The notes beneath the pieces are model-generated. The model made no database searches. It was not told the origin of the DNA and saw only the letters and a program-made list of their open reading frames with translations. From Lama glama (Eukaryota), in the NCBI GenBank assembly GCA_028534125.1, contig CM052816.1:36582001-36646000 (forward strand): a stretch of DNA of 64,000 bases, in the 5' to 3' direction. Shown one piece after another: positions 25,144 to 39,732 of this stretch (within the stretch, counting starts at the first letter, position 1; each line of letters starts with the position of its first letter). The position numbers and the translations under genes were made by a program.

Positions 25144-26734
25144 CTCTAGATACTAGCAGCAGGTCTCATTATTCCTCTCTTTCATATGGCCACATCACTA
25201 GATCAAGCAATTAGGTACTATATCAAGGATGCCCTCTATTTTCATACACTGAGAAACCTAGAAATGAGATGACCATGCTCCCCTCTTAGGAAGTCAAACA
25301 TCACCCTTTCTTTTAAAGTTCACCTGACTTGAACAAAATTTGCACAAGTTTCTACAACTCAGTTTATAAAAAGAATATCTGAAACTTCATTCTCAGTCTC
25401 ATTTCATCCCATACCTAGATATTAGGCTTGTGCATCCCTTCCTCTTAGAACTCTTAAATATCTAATTGTTGACCAATCTCTTAAGATGCTTGTATTATAT
25501 ACTAGGCAGAAATAAGCAAATCAGTAGGAAACAAAAGAGAATTCCAAACTCAAGAGAGGTTCTGAATCATATAATCTATATACCATACCATGTCCATAGG
25601 AAATTAGCATGTTAATAATAAAAGCCAAAAGTATGGTTATTTTTATTCTGATAAAGCTAGAGTTTAATCTTGTCTCTATCACCTGTTTATGTATCTAACA
25701 TCTTCATTATAGGAACCTCTTTTGCTCTAAGATAGTAACAATAATATTAATAGTCTTTGACATTAAGAATTACAGTTGCAATCATACATTGAATACTTGC
25801 TTTGGATCAGATTCTTTGCTAAGAATTTCACATTCATTAGTTATTTATTAAATCTCAGTAAATCAGATAATATATGTAATAGTTCTATCTTATATTAACT
25901 TATCAAGAGTCACCATAATATAACAATATTTATGATAATAATCATTGTTTGCCTTATCATTTTTCAGACTATCTTCACTTTTCTTAATTTATCAGTTTCC
26001 ATCATAGACAGAAAACCTTTAATGACAAAACAATGTGTATTTATTATATGAATCCCTAGGTTTATTTATTGGTTTATTTATTGCTTGTAAATTTCTGGTG
26101 CTCAGGTGTTCAAGAGATAATGAATAAATGAATTCATAAGCCAAAAATGGGGCATTTCTGAATTCAAAAATCATGATGTAGCAAAGCAAGGCTATATTAA
26201 TTGTTTTCTATTTCACTTGGAGAGCTGTATTTACTGTACTACAGTCTCCAGAATTTGTCAAAGTAAACCAAAGGAGATGAATTTTGTATAGTCAGTGAAA
26301 GAACTCAAATGTTTATTTAAATAGAGCAATCAGATTCACTGACAATGGGACTGATCTGATTCTTCATATTCTTCTTCTCCTGCCCCTCCCACTAATGACT
26401 AGGCCATGGATGTGCCATCTTATTTCTTAATGGCTGGACAGCCTTAAATACACAGTGGTGAATCCTGTGGATACAGAACAGATCCATATAAAGGGGACTC
26501 TGCCCTTTACTAGCTTTCAGATATGGAGGCTCACTGAGTCTGCTTCCTTTTTTTTTTCCCCTCAAAATCATATAAAATATTAAAATTTTTGTTTGTGCCA
26601 TAAACATTTAAGTTAGAAATAAACCACACCTAACCATTTCTGAGAAAATGTTAAGTTAATGCCCTTTGTGTACAAACTTCTTATTTAAATTCTAATTTAA
26701 AAGTCAAGAGTCAACGAAAATTTTTGACAATGTT

Positions 26735-27596
26735 ATCAGCATTTCTGAGAAAACTGAAAAATATTCAGATGTAAAAGTATGAAAGTAGAACTCTGTCTTA
26801 CACCACTCACAAGAATTAAATCAAAATAGATTAAAGACTTAAATGTGAAACCAGAAACCATAAAATTCTCAGCAGAACACAGTAAAAAAGTTCCTTGACT
26901 TGGGTCTTGGCAAGTTATGTTTTGGATGTGACACCTAAAGCACAAGCAACAAGAGCAAAAGCAAACAACAGAGGCTATAATTAAAAAGCTTCTGCACAGC
27001 AAAAGAAACAATTAACAGAATGAAAAGACAATCTAAGGAATGGGAATAAGTATTTGCAAACCATGTATCTGATAAAATGTAATATCTAAAATATATAAAG
27101 AACTCATAAACCCAACAACAACAACAACAAAACCAAAAAACAAATAACCCAATTAAAAAATGGGCAGAGGGTCTGAACACACATTTTTCCAAAGAAGATA
27201 TATGAATGGCCACAGGTACGTGAAAAGATGATAAACATTTCTAATCATCAGAGAAATGAAAATGAAAAGCACAATGAGATGTTATCTCACACCTATTAGA
27301 ATGGCTACATCAACAAGGCAAGGAATAACAAATGCTGGAGAGTATATAAAGAAAAGGAAGTTCTTGTGCACTGTTGGCAGGACTGTAAATTGGTACAGCC
27401 ACTATGGAAAACTGTATGGCACTTACTCAAAAAACTAAAAATAGAACTACCATATGATCCAGCAGTTCCACTCATGGGATAAAAACATCATGTCAAAGAG
27501 ATATCTACTCTCTCATGTTCATGACAGCATTATTTACAATAGTCAGACATCGAAACAATTTAAATGCCTATCCAGATATATGAATAAAGAAATTGT

Positions 27597-27631
<35 letters not shown>

Positions 27632-28160
27632 GAATATTATTCAGCCATTAAAAAGAAGGAAATTTGCCCCTTGTGACAACATGGATGGATCTTGAGGGCA
27701 TTATACTAAGTGAAATAAGTCAAAGAAAGACAAATACTCAACTGTATGTGGAATATAAAAACAAAACAAAATTCCAAACTCAAATAAATATCAGATTTGT
27801 GTTTACTGGAGGTGGTAGGTGGGGGAAGGAGGGAACAGATGAAGGTGGTCAAAAAGTACAAACTTCTAGTTATAAGATAAATAAATACTAGGGATGTAAT
27901 GCACAACATGATGATGATAGTTAACATTGCTGTGTGGTATATTTGAAAGTTGTTAAGAGAGTAAATCCTAAGAGTTCTAATCACATGTTTAAAAATTTTT
28001 CTTTCTTTTTTGTATTTATATAGGATGATTGATGTTTAAACAATTGTGGAATTGTGGTAATCATTTTGTAATATATATAAATCAAATCATTATTTTGTAT
28101 ACCCTAAACTTACACAGTGCTATATGTCAATTTTATCTCAATGAAACTGGAAAAAATCTG
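26735..28160 (+). mobile_element. 5'-truncated LINE-1 (L1MA9-like 3' end)
   Basis: ORF2 C-terminal remnants (ORFs 27256-27438, 27664-27891). 3'UTR gaaggtggtcaaaaagtacaaacttc...gagagtaaatcctaagagttc; ends tatctcaatgaaactggaaaaaa. Confidence 0.95.
27600..27630. repeat. (CA)15 microsatellite inside L1
   Basis: Directly visible. Confidence 0.99.
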
Positions 28161-28615
28161 ATTAACAGAAAAAATAATCAGCATTTTGTATTAAATGCTA
28201 TTTTGTATAACAATCATTGACTTTACCTTCTCCTGCCCTTTTAAACTTTAATTCAAATGAAATATTTTAATATAGTTTCTTTTCCCATTTAAATAAACAG
28301 CAAATAATTGTTAGTTTAGATGTGATTGTATATGAGATTTACATATGAATATTTTACATCTGGGCTGTTTATTGAAAGAATTTCCACCTTAAAAATACAA
28401 AAACCAGTAAAGGATAAAATTTTCATGGTAATGGCTCAGGAATACCTAGTCTAAAAATTTTCAGGATATTTTCAATGCCAGTGTTAGAACTTCTGGTGTC
28501 AAATAAGAGATTATATTTCTTTATACATGATCATGGAGAGATTTTAGATGAAGTTCTTAAAGAAATAAATTAGCTTCAGTGTTTTCCCTCAAAGAAAGAT
28601 AGATATAAAAATGTG

Positions 28616-28726
28616 CCCCCCTCTCTTTCTTCCTCTCTCTTTCCTTTCCTTTCCTTTTCTTTCCTTTCCTTTTCCTTCCTTCCTTCTCTCCCTCAATCCT
28701 TCTTTCTTTTCTTTTCTGTCTTTCTT
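28616..28726. repeat. Polypyrimidine low-complexity tract, (TTTCC/TTCC)n
   Basis: About 110 nt of almost only C/T on the + strand. Confidence 0.95.
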
Positions 28727-31700
28727 AGCAGAGAAAGAAAACTTCAAAGATTGATGTCATGTGAGTACAAGAAATGAGATCCATATTGTGAGCCCTAAAG
28801 GATTAAAGATTATTACCTGAAGGGACAATGAGCTTGTCTCAGAAGGTCCTTTCCTACTTCATTAGAGTAAAATGCATGCATGGTCCTGTTAATGAACTTC
28901 CCAGGAAGTCCAATCTTTCTCTGAACACCACACTGTTGACAAGGTACCTCACATACAGGAACAAGAGCACATGATCCACAGATGCACTGCTCTGACCTTT
29001 CATGTATGACGATTCAGTAGGTATCATTTGGATTACATACAACACTTAATGGAAACAGCCCAAAAAGAGACCTGGGCTTTTAGGAAACTGATAGGAAGCT
29101 TAGCTAGAACATGCCTGAAAGGCAAAGACACTATAAAGAATGAAGGAAACCGTCACACTCATGATTATTATCAAGTTTCCTCAGTTTCAGGACTTACAGA
29201 GTTCAAAGTTGAGTTAGAGGACTCCAGCCAGGAAGGTGTATGGATTTCTAATTCTGTCTTCAAGTTATTTAACTATTTGCTAAATGACAATTACAGAAAC
29301 TTAGAAAATAAATCCAAACAAAAAACAGAAATGCAAAAATCTCTGCTTTATTAAGCTTAATGCATTCTCAAAGATTTCCCTATAAGGTGTAAGAATTTGG
29401 CTGAATAAATGAAGGTTAAATCATCAACAGGGAGATCATTATTTTCTCATTCAAAGGATCTATAAAAGGACACAGTGCTGCCCTTGCTGTATTAATTTGC
29501 AAGCATAAATACATGAAGGTAAAAGCTTGAAATGTGCATCTGGTCCTAAGCTACAAAAGTAAATGAAAGCTAACTTCTCTTTCTTTGAGTCTATCATTTC
29601 CTAGATTGTAAGGCAGATCAAATTATGACTTGCACTGAAAGGGACCTATACTATATATTTATTACATTATATATAACAATTATTTAATTAAGATATTAAA
29701 TCATATTTAACACTTGTGAGGCCTAGCCTACTCAACTAAATAAACAAGAATCATATAACTAGTAGTTTCTCTCATTGGTTTTACTTCATATTCATTATGA
29801 ACCAAGTTTGACACATTAAGTGAGAGCCTTTACATAATTAGCAGAACAGATATACAAAAGAACCTAGAAATAAGAGATTTGTGTGTAACCTTTGATGAGA
29901 AATTTTCATTTGGGGGCCTTAATGTCCTTATTTGTAAAATGACTGATTTGAAAAAATAATGGGTTAGAATTAGAAGTTTAAGGTGTTGCAAAATTTTTTG
30001 AAGGAGACATAGAGATAAATGATCAAGCATGCATCTTTATTATTCTACTCTTTCCAATATAAAAAAGCTGATTAATTGATTTGCTTATTTTCTTGATAAT
30101 TAAAGAGATATGTTATTAAGCAAAATAAAGTCACCTCATTATTTTTTCACCAGCTTTTGCTTTGAGGAGAAAGTTTGTGTTTATGTATGTAAAGCTGTAT
30201 TAAGAATAAGAATAAATTAAAACTATAAAACAGTTTTACATACCAAGGTTCAATAATAAATAAATGCCTTTGGGTCTTTTACCCTTTGAACTATACACAA
30301 TATTATAACTGACTGATCTAGTTACCTTGAAATCCGGTTTGTCCCCATTAGATTCTAAGCAATTATCTGTTTACATGAAGTAAAGAAATAAATCATCTCC
30401 ATTTTATATGAGGTGTTGACATTTATTGATTTAATGTTCTCTTAAAATCTTTTAAGGAAATGGTTTTTAAATTACAATAATAAATGGGCAGAAATTAATG
30501 GACCTACCCAAACTAGAGCAACATGTTGACATGTAATTCACTGTCAAAATTTTGTGAGTGAATTTTATTTTCACTCCTTCTTTTATTAAGGAAAATTATG
30601 GCTAAGACGCTATATGTGGCTAGCTTTTTTTTATAACTTGCACTGCTCTTTCTCTGTGAGCTAGTGTTTAAGGATACTACTCTACTGAGAAACATAATTA
30701 TTTCCTTTTAGATGCTGACATGTACTATATTTTCTGTCTTCACTAGACTAAAAGTCCTTCAAAAGAAAATCTTTGAAAAAAGATTTTACTCTAAATAATT
30801 TAGGAAGAAGAAATAAACTACCATGAATATAATAAATGATTAACATTCAGACACTTCTGCTTAAATATTTAATAAGAAAACGTGTTGTAATGTAACATGC
30901 AGTATAAACTTTACTAAATATATAAAAAATGAAGCACAAATCATTCAGATTACCTTTTTTATCAGTCTCCAAGCTAGCTGTTACATATACATAAATGGTG
31001 CCTCTCTACAAATATATAATCAGACTTTTTTCTTATAATTCCTTTCATGTTCATTACCTTGCTGCTCTATCAGCTTTCCCCAATCCTTTATCTACTATCT
31101 ATCCTCTTTATTTTCTGTTTGTTTGTTTTTATCGTTAAAACAACAGGAGTGTGGTTTATCTTTGTCAATATGCAAATGACTATGTTTTAAAATTGTATGT
31201 TTTTTTAGGTTTGATTGCATGGGTACATGTATGCTAAATACAAAATTCAAATTTAACCCTTTTTCCCCATGTTAGTTTCCTATTTAAGCATCTTTAAATA
31301 AATCAGGATTTTTCTAAAATCGATAACATTAAAACTTTTGTTGTCATCTAAGATTAGGTTGAAGGGTAATTGATAGATCATAGCAAGTTCACTCAAAAAA
31401 AGTAAAGTGAGCTGATCTTGCCTTAGAGGGAAATACAGAAATAGTAGAAAGAGTTCAAATATGAAAATTTTACTTTCAGCTGAATTCTCGCCTTATTTGA
31501 AATCACAGCGAAGGATTGTCTCCTTTTAGGAGCCTATGTCTAGCCATACTGTTTTGTTTTGTTTTGTTTGATATAAAACAATTTTCTTCTGTTACAAGTG
31601 TCTATGTTATATTGTTAAATCTGAAGTCTGAGGTCAGAGAATATAGTACCACTTCATGTTTCCGATAGACCACAGAGGCATTCTTGCATACGTGTGTCCC

Positions 31701-34084
31701 CTAGGATGCTTGAAGTGCTTTAACAAGTTTCCATAGCTTAACTCTAAAAAAAAACCAAGATAGGAAAGGCTGAAGGGAATCTAACACATGGGCTTAAACA
31801 ACTTTTAGGGTCTCATTATTGCAGAAAATAAACCTTTGGCTTGAAATTTTATTTCAGATTGATTAGGCAAATGATGCTTGAAAAAGCTATTCCACTTCAA
31901 AATCTTTGGCTTTTGTACAGTGTTCTCAGTTTGACTTTTGAAAAACCCCTCTTCCCTGCCAATTGTGCTACCCCCAATGGTCTTTTGGTGTTATTTATCT
32001 GTTAGGTTATTGTACTTTATTTTATAATCTTAGCATACCCGAAATGCAAGCAGCTGAAAAAACTTACCTATATTAAAGGCATACACTATTTTACACAGGG
32101 AGAAATAAAAAACCTTAATGGAAATGTGGAAATCGTTCCAAAGAAAGTACAAACCTGCCTTAACTTGGCAGGTCTGGACTTACTAAGCTAAACAGACTAT
32201 TCAGCTGGATAGCGAAGTTCAGGAAATACAATCATTGGAAATACATTGGTGCCTCTTGGGACTTAGCCTTTGAAGTTGTTTCTGTAAAAACCTTCTACCA
32301 AATATCTATGTAAAAATCTTTCCTTATCCTTCTGGCATGTAGGTCATGATACCTAGTTATTTCCCACTGAATGTCCATCAAATATCATTCTTTTGATAAT
32401 TTTAAGAATTCAAAGTCTCATATATCCAATGTCACACTCATTCAAAACCCCAACAGCTCTCACCGGGATTGTTCACATTCCTGATTAACCCCTGGAGCAT
32501 AGAGAACTCACCTAACTAGCTGCTTGAGGAAAGGGAAAAGCTGTAGCAAGACAGAAGCCCAGTGATTATTCTGAGAAAAGCACTCACTCATTCAGTCTCA
32601 TTTTATCCTAGTATGTGTACTACTAACCACTAAAAGCAAAGTGATATTTTTCTGTTACTTGATTTGGTAGAAAGGCTTTATTGCCTTCAGCTTATAAGAC
32701 CCTAACTACTTAAGCTAACATGTTCCATAAATCATCAGACAATAAGAATGCTAGTAACTCTAACTAAGATGTATTTGGGAGAGTCTTTTTTAAATATGAA
32801 GTAAATTAGCATTTGAAATTTCATCTTATTTTATCTCACAATTTGTACTTACAGGCCATACAATTTTAACATGATTAGTTATAGTTAGCACATGTAGTGA
32901 GGCAAGTTTGATACTTTCTAATAGAAATTTTGTGGTGACTGAGGGTTTTCTGTGCAATGATAGGCAATGCTGCAGAAGCAACGGTTTGATGTTGAAGGCA
33001 AACATACAAATTTATGATAATATCCACAACAATGTCTTTAGATTCTGCTCAGATGAGTACACAAGATGACAAAGAATCATTCAATCATTGGAGACACATT
33101 CCACACTTCAGAGTTACATACTGTGGGTGATACAAAGTTGAAAGAGACTGGATCCTCTTTTCAAAGTCCTAAGATATAAAACTGCAGTGCACTAGATTTT
33201 TCATGTCATTTCAAGGGATTTGCAGAGTACCTGTAGTTTCATGGAGTGTTAAGAAAAGTCTTCAGTTACCATCAAATATTTTAGCAAGGACAATAGCATT
33301 ATGAGGACAGGTATGTTTTTAAAAAAAAAAAAAAGAAAGAGAGCGAGAGAGAGTTGTTTTGTTAAAGTCTCTTCAGAAACTTCACATCCTGGCTGCTTTA
33401 GCATTCTGAATCATCCTATAAATCTCATTATTTTAAAACGGTGATCAAGTGAAAAAAATTACAGAAAATTCAAGTTCAGGCTTTGAATAAATGCAGTTGA
33501 GATTAATGCTGAGCCATCATGAGAAATGAGTATCCTGTAGCCTGAGTTGCAAGTAAATGATAGAGTCATGATTATTCAATACAGGTTTGATACAAAATAA
33601 GGAATTCTTGATCATATCAAGGAGGGGCAAACAACAAAGAATAGAAAAATGCAAAAATTGAAAATATGAGTTCAGTAGATTTTGCCAATGATATCATCCT
33701 TTGCTGGGTAGCTTTGTTGAAATTTAATTAAATCAGAATATTACCTGCTCTATGTCTATGAGGGCCTGTGACTTACATGACTTGTTTCCCTTTCCCATTT
33801 GTGATTCAGGGTCCTGGTTAAATTCTTAGAACATAGTGGATACTCTGATAACAGATTCATTAAGTAATCAATCAAAATATACCATATATTATATAGGTAG
33901 TGGTCCATAAAGGAAAAAAAAGATTGTGTATAATCTGAGTTTCTCAATTTTTTTTTCCTACCACTCTTTCCATATCCAGTTTAAGACATATCTAACTAAA
34001 TGGCTTCATCAGCCCATAATGAAATAAAAGTTCTCTTTCTCTCAATTGCTCTTTCAAGGATCTATTTGCATTTTTCTTCAAATT

Positions 34085-35060
34085 TATTCCCAGAAAATAT
34101 TTAATAAGTACTTATTAATTTTATTTGTGTTCAAGGATGGGATATATCATTTATAAAGAAGGTCAAGTTCTTGCCGTTTGTGGAGCTTCTATTTTAGTGA
34201 AAGAAAAAGACATGAAGCACAAAATTACATAATATAATATCAGATAAATAAAACAGGAATGGGGAATAGAAAGCAGCAGAGGCAATTTTAGACAGAGTAA
34301 TCGAGGAAGGCCTCTGTGCAAAATCAGCATTTAGAATAAAATATTTCAGGAAAATAAAATGGCAAATACAAAGGAAGAGCTTTATGAAATGGAGGAACAG
34401 AAAGAAGTCTAGTGAGGGTGGGGATAAGGGTTATGAGTAAGTAGGAGATTGGTAAGAAATGGAAAGGTAGGAAGAACCAGATGTTGTATGGTCATGGAGA
34501 AGTTTGGATTTTATTCTGATTTTGTGATAAAAGTCACTGACAGTTCTGAGAAGGAAGTGATCTAATCTAATTTAGGTATTAAAATTTCCATATTGACTGC
34601 TCTGTGGAAAAGTGACTAAAGAGACAAGAAAACATCAAGAACACTAAAGGGTCTATTGCAGCCTATGGTGGCTTAGGTGGGCTCGTAATAAAAATGGAGA
34701 GAACAGCATAATGGATTCAGCATTATTTTCAAGTAGGGACTGAATGACTTGCTATGGATGGGAATTCATGTGTAAAGAAAAGAGAAGCGTCAAATATGAC
34801 TCTTCATACTTTGGTTTAAAATAACATATGATGAAGGCCCCATTTATCCAAGTAGAGAAGTGGGAAAGGATCAGCTTTGGGGTGGGGAATTTTACCTTTT
34901 TGTTTTAATCATATTAATTTTGACATGTAAATTCAAGTGGATATTAACTTGAAATATCAAGTAGGTGGTAAAGTCTGTGAGTTTAAAACCACACAAAAAG
35001 GATGGGATTGAATGTATAAAGAGTCAGTCTTCAGCATATAAATACCATTATATTATAGCC
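34085..35060 (-). mobile_element. L2 LINE 3' region (~1 kb)
   Basis: gtggagcttctattttagtg, gagtaatcgaggaaggcctctg, gagaagtttggattttattctg, gactgctctgtggaaaagtgact, gtcaaatatgactc. Confidence 0.85.
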
Positions 35061-35379
35061 ATATGCCATTGGGTCTTGGGGTATTCTTCCCCAACTTAAT
35101 GTCCAAGAATATCAGGAGTTTATTCAGTACAAAGTTTCCAGTTCTGTTCCCATTTATTTCTTGGAGAGAAGATTGGGATTGTGATCTGTCCTTAGATTGA
35201 CCCTATTTTTCTGGTACTTTTTCTTCTGCTCCCTCCACTTGTTATAACTGTAGATCTCACATGGCCCCTCAGGTTTTGATGCTATCACACCTACTCCCTT
35301 AATGACTCCAGTGAAGTTTTTAGGAGGAACATGTTTTAGGAAAAGGAACAATTATTCTCATATTTACTGTAAGCTGTAA

Positions 35380-35507
35380 TTTGCTATCAAAACTTCTCTA
35401 TGAATACACATCCACTAGAGATGATTTTTAAATGTAGAATTTGATTCAGTGACTCATCTAAGAGTCCATGTTGCTAGTCCACGGGACATAGTTTGAAGAG
35501 CAGGGCA
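35380..35507. mobile_element. MER5-like hAT-Charlie fragment
   Basis: taaatgtagaatttgattcagt...atgttgctagtccacgggacatagtttgaagagcaggg. Confidence 0.5.
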
Positions 35508-37030
35508 TTACACCGCCAAAGGAATGGGACTCTAGTGTTTAATGCTCCTTAGCTTATGCTGACACACTCAGCTGTTATACCTCATGCATGCCTACTGTTT
35601 CAGAATGGCTGGTCAGGAAGGACTTTCAGCTTGAGCCAAGCACTGAGCACTTGAGTCAGAATCATGTATCACAAATATTTCAATCCTGATTTTGAGTCTG
35701 GATCATCAATTCCGATTGCCTCTTACCTTAGGATGAGGTTCTGGGAGATGAAAGATAACTGGAATGGGGATCAGAAAACTCCATCTAATAGTGAACTTCA
35801 TTGGAATTATCTTAGTCCATTAGAGAGAGTATAACAACACTGAAAGTATTTGGATTTCAATCCTTTTGCTTCGAGAAGGATACTCCCCAGCACAAAGAGT
35901 TTTGGTGACGGGCAGCTTTTGTTGATTTGTAAGAATGGGCTAGTTATACACTTCTCTCAATATCATTAGTGCTTGCAAAAGTTTGTCTTTCCCTACAGCT
36001 TGACTTGACATGGATTATACCAATATCTCAAAGTTTTAAGATAATTATATATAAAATTGGAACTATAGAATCAGTTGTGAAACTTCTTGCTTTCATCAAC
36101 CTTTCCACTAATCTTATGCTGAAGATGACACATTCTTTAAAAGTAAGCAATTGACTCCTTGATACCATCAGACAGATTGTAAATAAGCATGGCTCTAAAT
36201 ATTACAAGGTTGTCAATAATAACAACAAAGTAGCTTTTGTTGATTACTGTATAAAAACACAGACTTAGAAGTTAATAACTATAAGACACTCCAGACATCA
36301 TTCTCAAACTGGTAAGCCCAATATCACAGCCAAAGTATTTTTCTGTAAGAGATAAAATTTCTCAGTCACGATTGCCTTTGGACAAAAGCTAAGATACAAA
36401 ACACAACAAATACAACCACAAAATATTTGGATCTCTTGACTTGATCTTGAACTTGAGAGATCCTGGGGTACTAGGCTAAGAATCTGACTTTGAAGATACC
36501 ATTTTTACATTATTATTTTTTTAACCTGGGTATCAAATGTACAGACTTACATATTTGGAATTCTTTAAGAGAGTAAATTAAGTAGTCCTTTTAGTAAGTT
36601 AACAGTCAGTCCTCACTGTGATATTATATCATGCCAGAAATCCTAAAAGCAAATATCAGTAAACAAGGAAAAGTGCTTTGCTGAGAATTCTTCTCAGAAG
36701 GTACGTGTTTTCAGTATTGTTATTGTTCCTTCGTTGGGAAAGAAAACATTTTACAAAAAAAAAAAAAAATCTTGCCTTCTAGGTCTACCTATATGCCCAT
36801 TAGACCATTCTAGCATACCAGAAACTCCAAGGAAGTAAATGACTACAACCATAGGCCATAGACATGTTTAAGTGTTTCATTCATGGTGAAAAAACAATTC
36901 AGCTGAACTTTCCATCTATTGTTCAATATTATTACTAAAATAAATGTTTTATCTAATGGTGTATGGATATTTTAATTGACTAGATGTTCACAAATTTTAC
37001 GTTCTTGGTCTTTTGAGGTAATTTTATTAA

Positions 37031-37445
37031 ATGTATCTTGCATTTTAGCTGCCCAGCATCCATTTCCCCTGGTCTAGTTCAAATCATCTCAGTTTCCTTT
37101 TTAAGAATTACTCCTATCTCCACTATATGAAGTCATGGTTGGTCTCTAAATCAGGATACTTTTAATTGTTCCTTAGTGAAAGGACAAATTTGTGACATCT
37201 AAACAAATTGGAATTTTTCTCTCATTACTTTCCAGTAAGAATAGAGTACAAAGAGGAAAATAATTTAGAAACTTTTGTTCCAAGAACAGTGTCTTAATGA
37301 AAATCTAGAGTGGTTCCTACCAGAGACATATCTTACACTACCAAAGCCTTATTATTCAGCTGTTACTTATATTTCTGTCCCTACATATCCTTCAGATAAA
37401 TTTTATCTAGTTATTCAGAGTCGGTTTATAAATTCTATAGACCGT
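37031..37445 (+). mobile_element. ERVL-type solo LTR (LTR33/LTR16-like), degenerate
   Basis: Starts tgtatcttgcattttagctgcccagcatccatttcccct; 3' end ataaatt...cagagtcggttt resembles the LTR33/16 terminus. Confidence 0.6.
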
Positions 37446-37631
37446 GAAATTTGGAAATTTAAAACTTTCATATATCCAAAGAATTTTAATATCACCCTTT
37501 TTGATGAAGTACAGAAGCTTGTGGTGTTTAGGTATGTTCATAAAAAATCTTTCAGAAATAGGAACAAATTTTACAAAGTCATCTTGCAAAAGATGTGGTA
37601 ATAAAACAATCTCAGTAATGAGTTCATGTTG

Positions 37632-37666
37632 AAATATTGCTGGAGGTAAAAATATTGCTGGAGGTA
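37632..37666. repeat. 18-bp-period tandem duplication (aaatattgctggaggta x2)
   Basis: Identical 17-mer at 37632-37648 and 37650-37666. Confidence 0.95.
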
Positions 37667-38454
37667 CGTTAATTTATTATTCACACACCATGTAATGGTC
37701 AATTCCTATCATTTAAACTCATTTTTTAAGAAGAGCTGAAAATAACATAGTATATTAAGAAAAATTTGGACTTCAAAATTAAAAAAAATTACAACTTCAA
37801 AAAACATCAAATCCATTTAAGGTTATATAATAATAGTAAATACTTCAGTGATAATATGGTGTCTTTCACCATTATAGCTTTTTCACCCTCTCAAGTACAT
37901 TTTGAATGGCATATTCCCTCAGTGCAGGGCTTCATGTTAACAAGATTTTTTCTGTATCAGTAAATTTCCAAATATATCTTTGATAATTTCTACAGCCGGT
38001 TCAGAGCCAGTCATGGTGTCTATATGCTTGACCAACAGATATTCTACAATATATTTTTTTCCATAATTCTTTAGTACTGTTGACATAAACTCTATCTGGA
38101 TATTCTGTATATTCATTTATACCAGAAATAAATTTCAGAAGCCTGAAATGACATGAAGTCATTTTAATGCCCTTCTGGGTCTTATAAAAGTATGTACTTA
38201 ATACTCAGAACTTTCAAGGGCAAACATATCTCTGTTATTTTTTTTTATATTATTTGCTTTAAAATAAAATGAATGCTCTCAGCATATGAAATCCAGGTAA
38301 CTCTGACTGGCAATAAAGTCTTTAATATATAACACCGAAGAGTGTACATGGCATAGAGGATGATATCAATAAGCACTGGTTGAATGAAAAGTATCTTTCA
38401 AAATTTAAGGCATATGCCTTGAGGTGCTGATCCATTTCATCTCAATTCTCAAAC

Positions 38455-39725
38455 CTATTGATGTACCATTGTTTGGAGTATTCTTTCTATATTCTTTTGG
38501 TATCTGCAGGGTCTTCAGTGATAGCGCCAATATTCCTGGTACTGGTAATTTCTGTCTTCTTTCTTTTTTTTGTCACCCTTGCCAGAGGTTTGCCAATTAA
38601 AACAATATTTTCAAAGAACCAACTATTTGTTTCATTGACTTCTATTGTTTTCCTGTTTACAGTTGCATTAATATCTGCTCTTACTATTACATCCCTCCTT
38701 ATGCTTTCATTGGGTTACTTTGCTCTTGTTTTTCTCAGTCTTGAAGTAGATACTTAGATTATTATTTGAGAATTTTTCTGTTTTCTAACGTATGCATTTA
38801 GTGCTACAAATTTCTCTGTTAGCACTACTTTAGTTATGTCTGATCTCACAAACTTTGATAAATTCTATTTTATTTTCATTCATTTCAACTTATTTATAAA
38901 TTTCCTTTGAGACCTTCTCTTTGACACAAAGATAACCTAAAGTGTTAATTAATAGTTTGTTCATTAGTTTTCAAGTGCTTGGTGATTTTTCCATTTATCT
39001 TTCTATTACTAACTTCTAGTTTGACTATTGTGTTGGAGAACATGCCGTGTATGATTTCAGATCTTTTAGATTTTCTGATATTTGTTTCTTGGCCTAGAAT
39101 AAGGTCTATTTTAATACACATTTCTTAACGGCTTAAAACGTGTGTTCTGCTGCTGTTGAATGGTGTGTTCTAAAAATATTGATACGTTTCTTTTGGTTAA
39201 TAGTTTTTTAAAGTTCTTTTATATTCTTGCTGATCTAGCTAGTTATTCTATGAGTTATTTAGAAAGGGTATTAAAGTCTCAATTATAATTGTGAATTTGT
39301 CTATTCTTTCAGTTCTATTAGTTTTTATTTCACACTTTGCAGCTTATTTGTTTGGTTTATACACAATTAATACTGCTATGTCTTTTTGATGTATTAACTC
39401 TTTTATCATTATATCATGTTCCTCTCTGACTGTATTTGAAATGAGCATAAAAACAGTAAATACTTGGGCCATGTTTTCCATTTGATTATGCTAACATTAC
39501 TTATTTGACTGATATACTTATCCCATTTACATTTACTGTAATTATCAATATGCTAGGGATTAAGTTTACCATTTTATTTTTTGTTTTCACATATTTTACT
39601 CATATCTTTTTATCTGTCATTTCTCTGTTTTCTTCTGCCTTTCTGTGGATTACCTGAACATTTTTTAGATTCCATTTTGATTTATCTACAGTGTTTTTGA
39701 GTATATCACTTTGGATAATTTTATT
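38455..39725 (-). mobile_element. Old L1 internal fragment (ORF2 endonuclease-proximal region)
   Basis: Antisense ORF2 motifs: ttttcaaagaaccaactatttgtttcattga, tgcatttagtgctacaaatttc, ctcaattataattgtgaatttgtcta, cccatttacatttactgtaattat. Confidence 0.88.
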
Positions 39726-39732
39726 AGTCATT

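Noticed and set aside
26736..28220. Multiple overlapping ORFs
   Set aside because: Fragments or antisense frames of a decayed L1
29028..29354. 108-aa ORF
   Set aside because: Non-ATG start, no recognisable homology and no exon boundaries
32060..32210. Minus-strand TAG|gtaagt donor at 32068 and a small acctgcc/ggcaggt hairpin
   Set aside because: The upstream segment is U-rich and intron-like with ambiguous acceptors; such a motif is expected by chance
37275..37632. Three overlapping ORFs
   Set aside because: Partly inside an LTR relic, AT-rich composition, unrecognised peptides
5601..37666. Short direct repeats (5601, 12204, 37632) as CRISPR-like or otherwise organised arrays
   Set aside because: Unrelated two-copy tandem duplications without spacers in mammalian DNA; ordinary slippage or repair products
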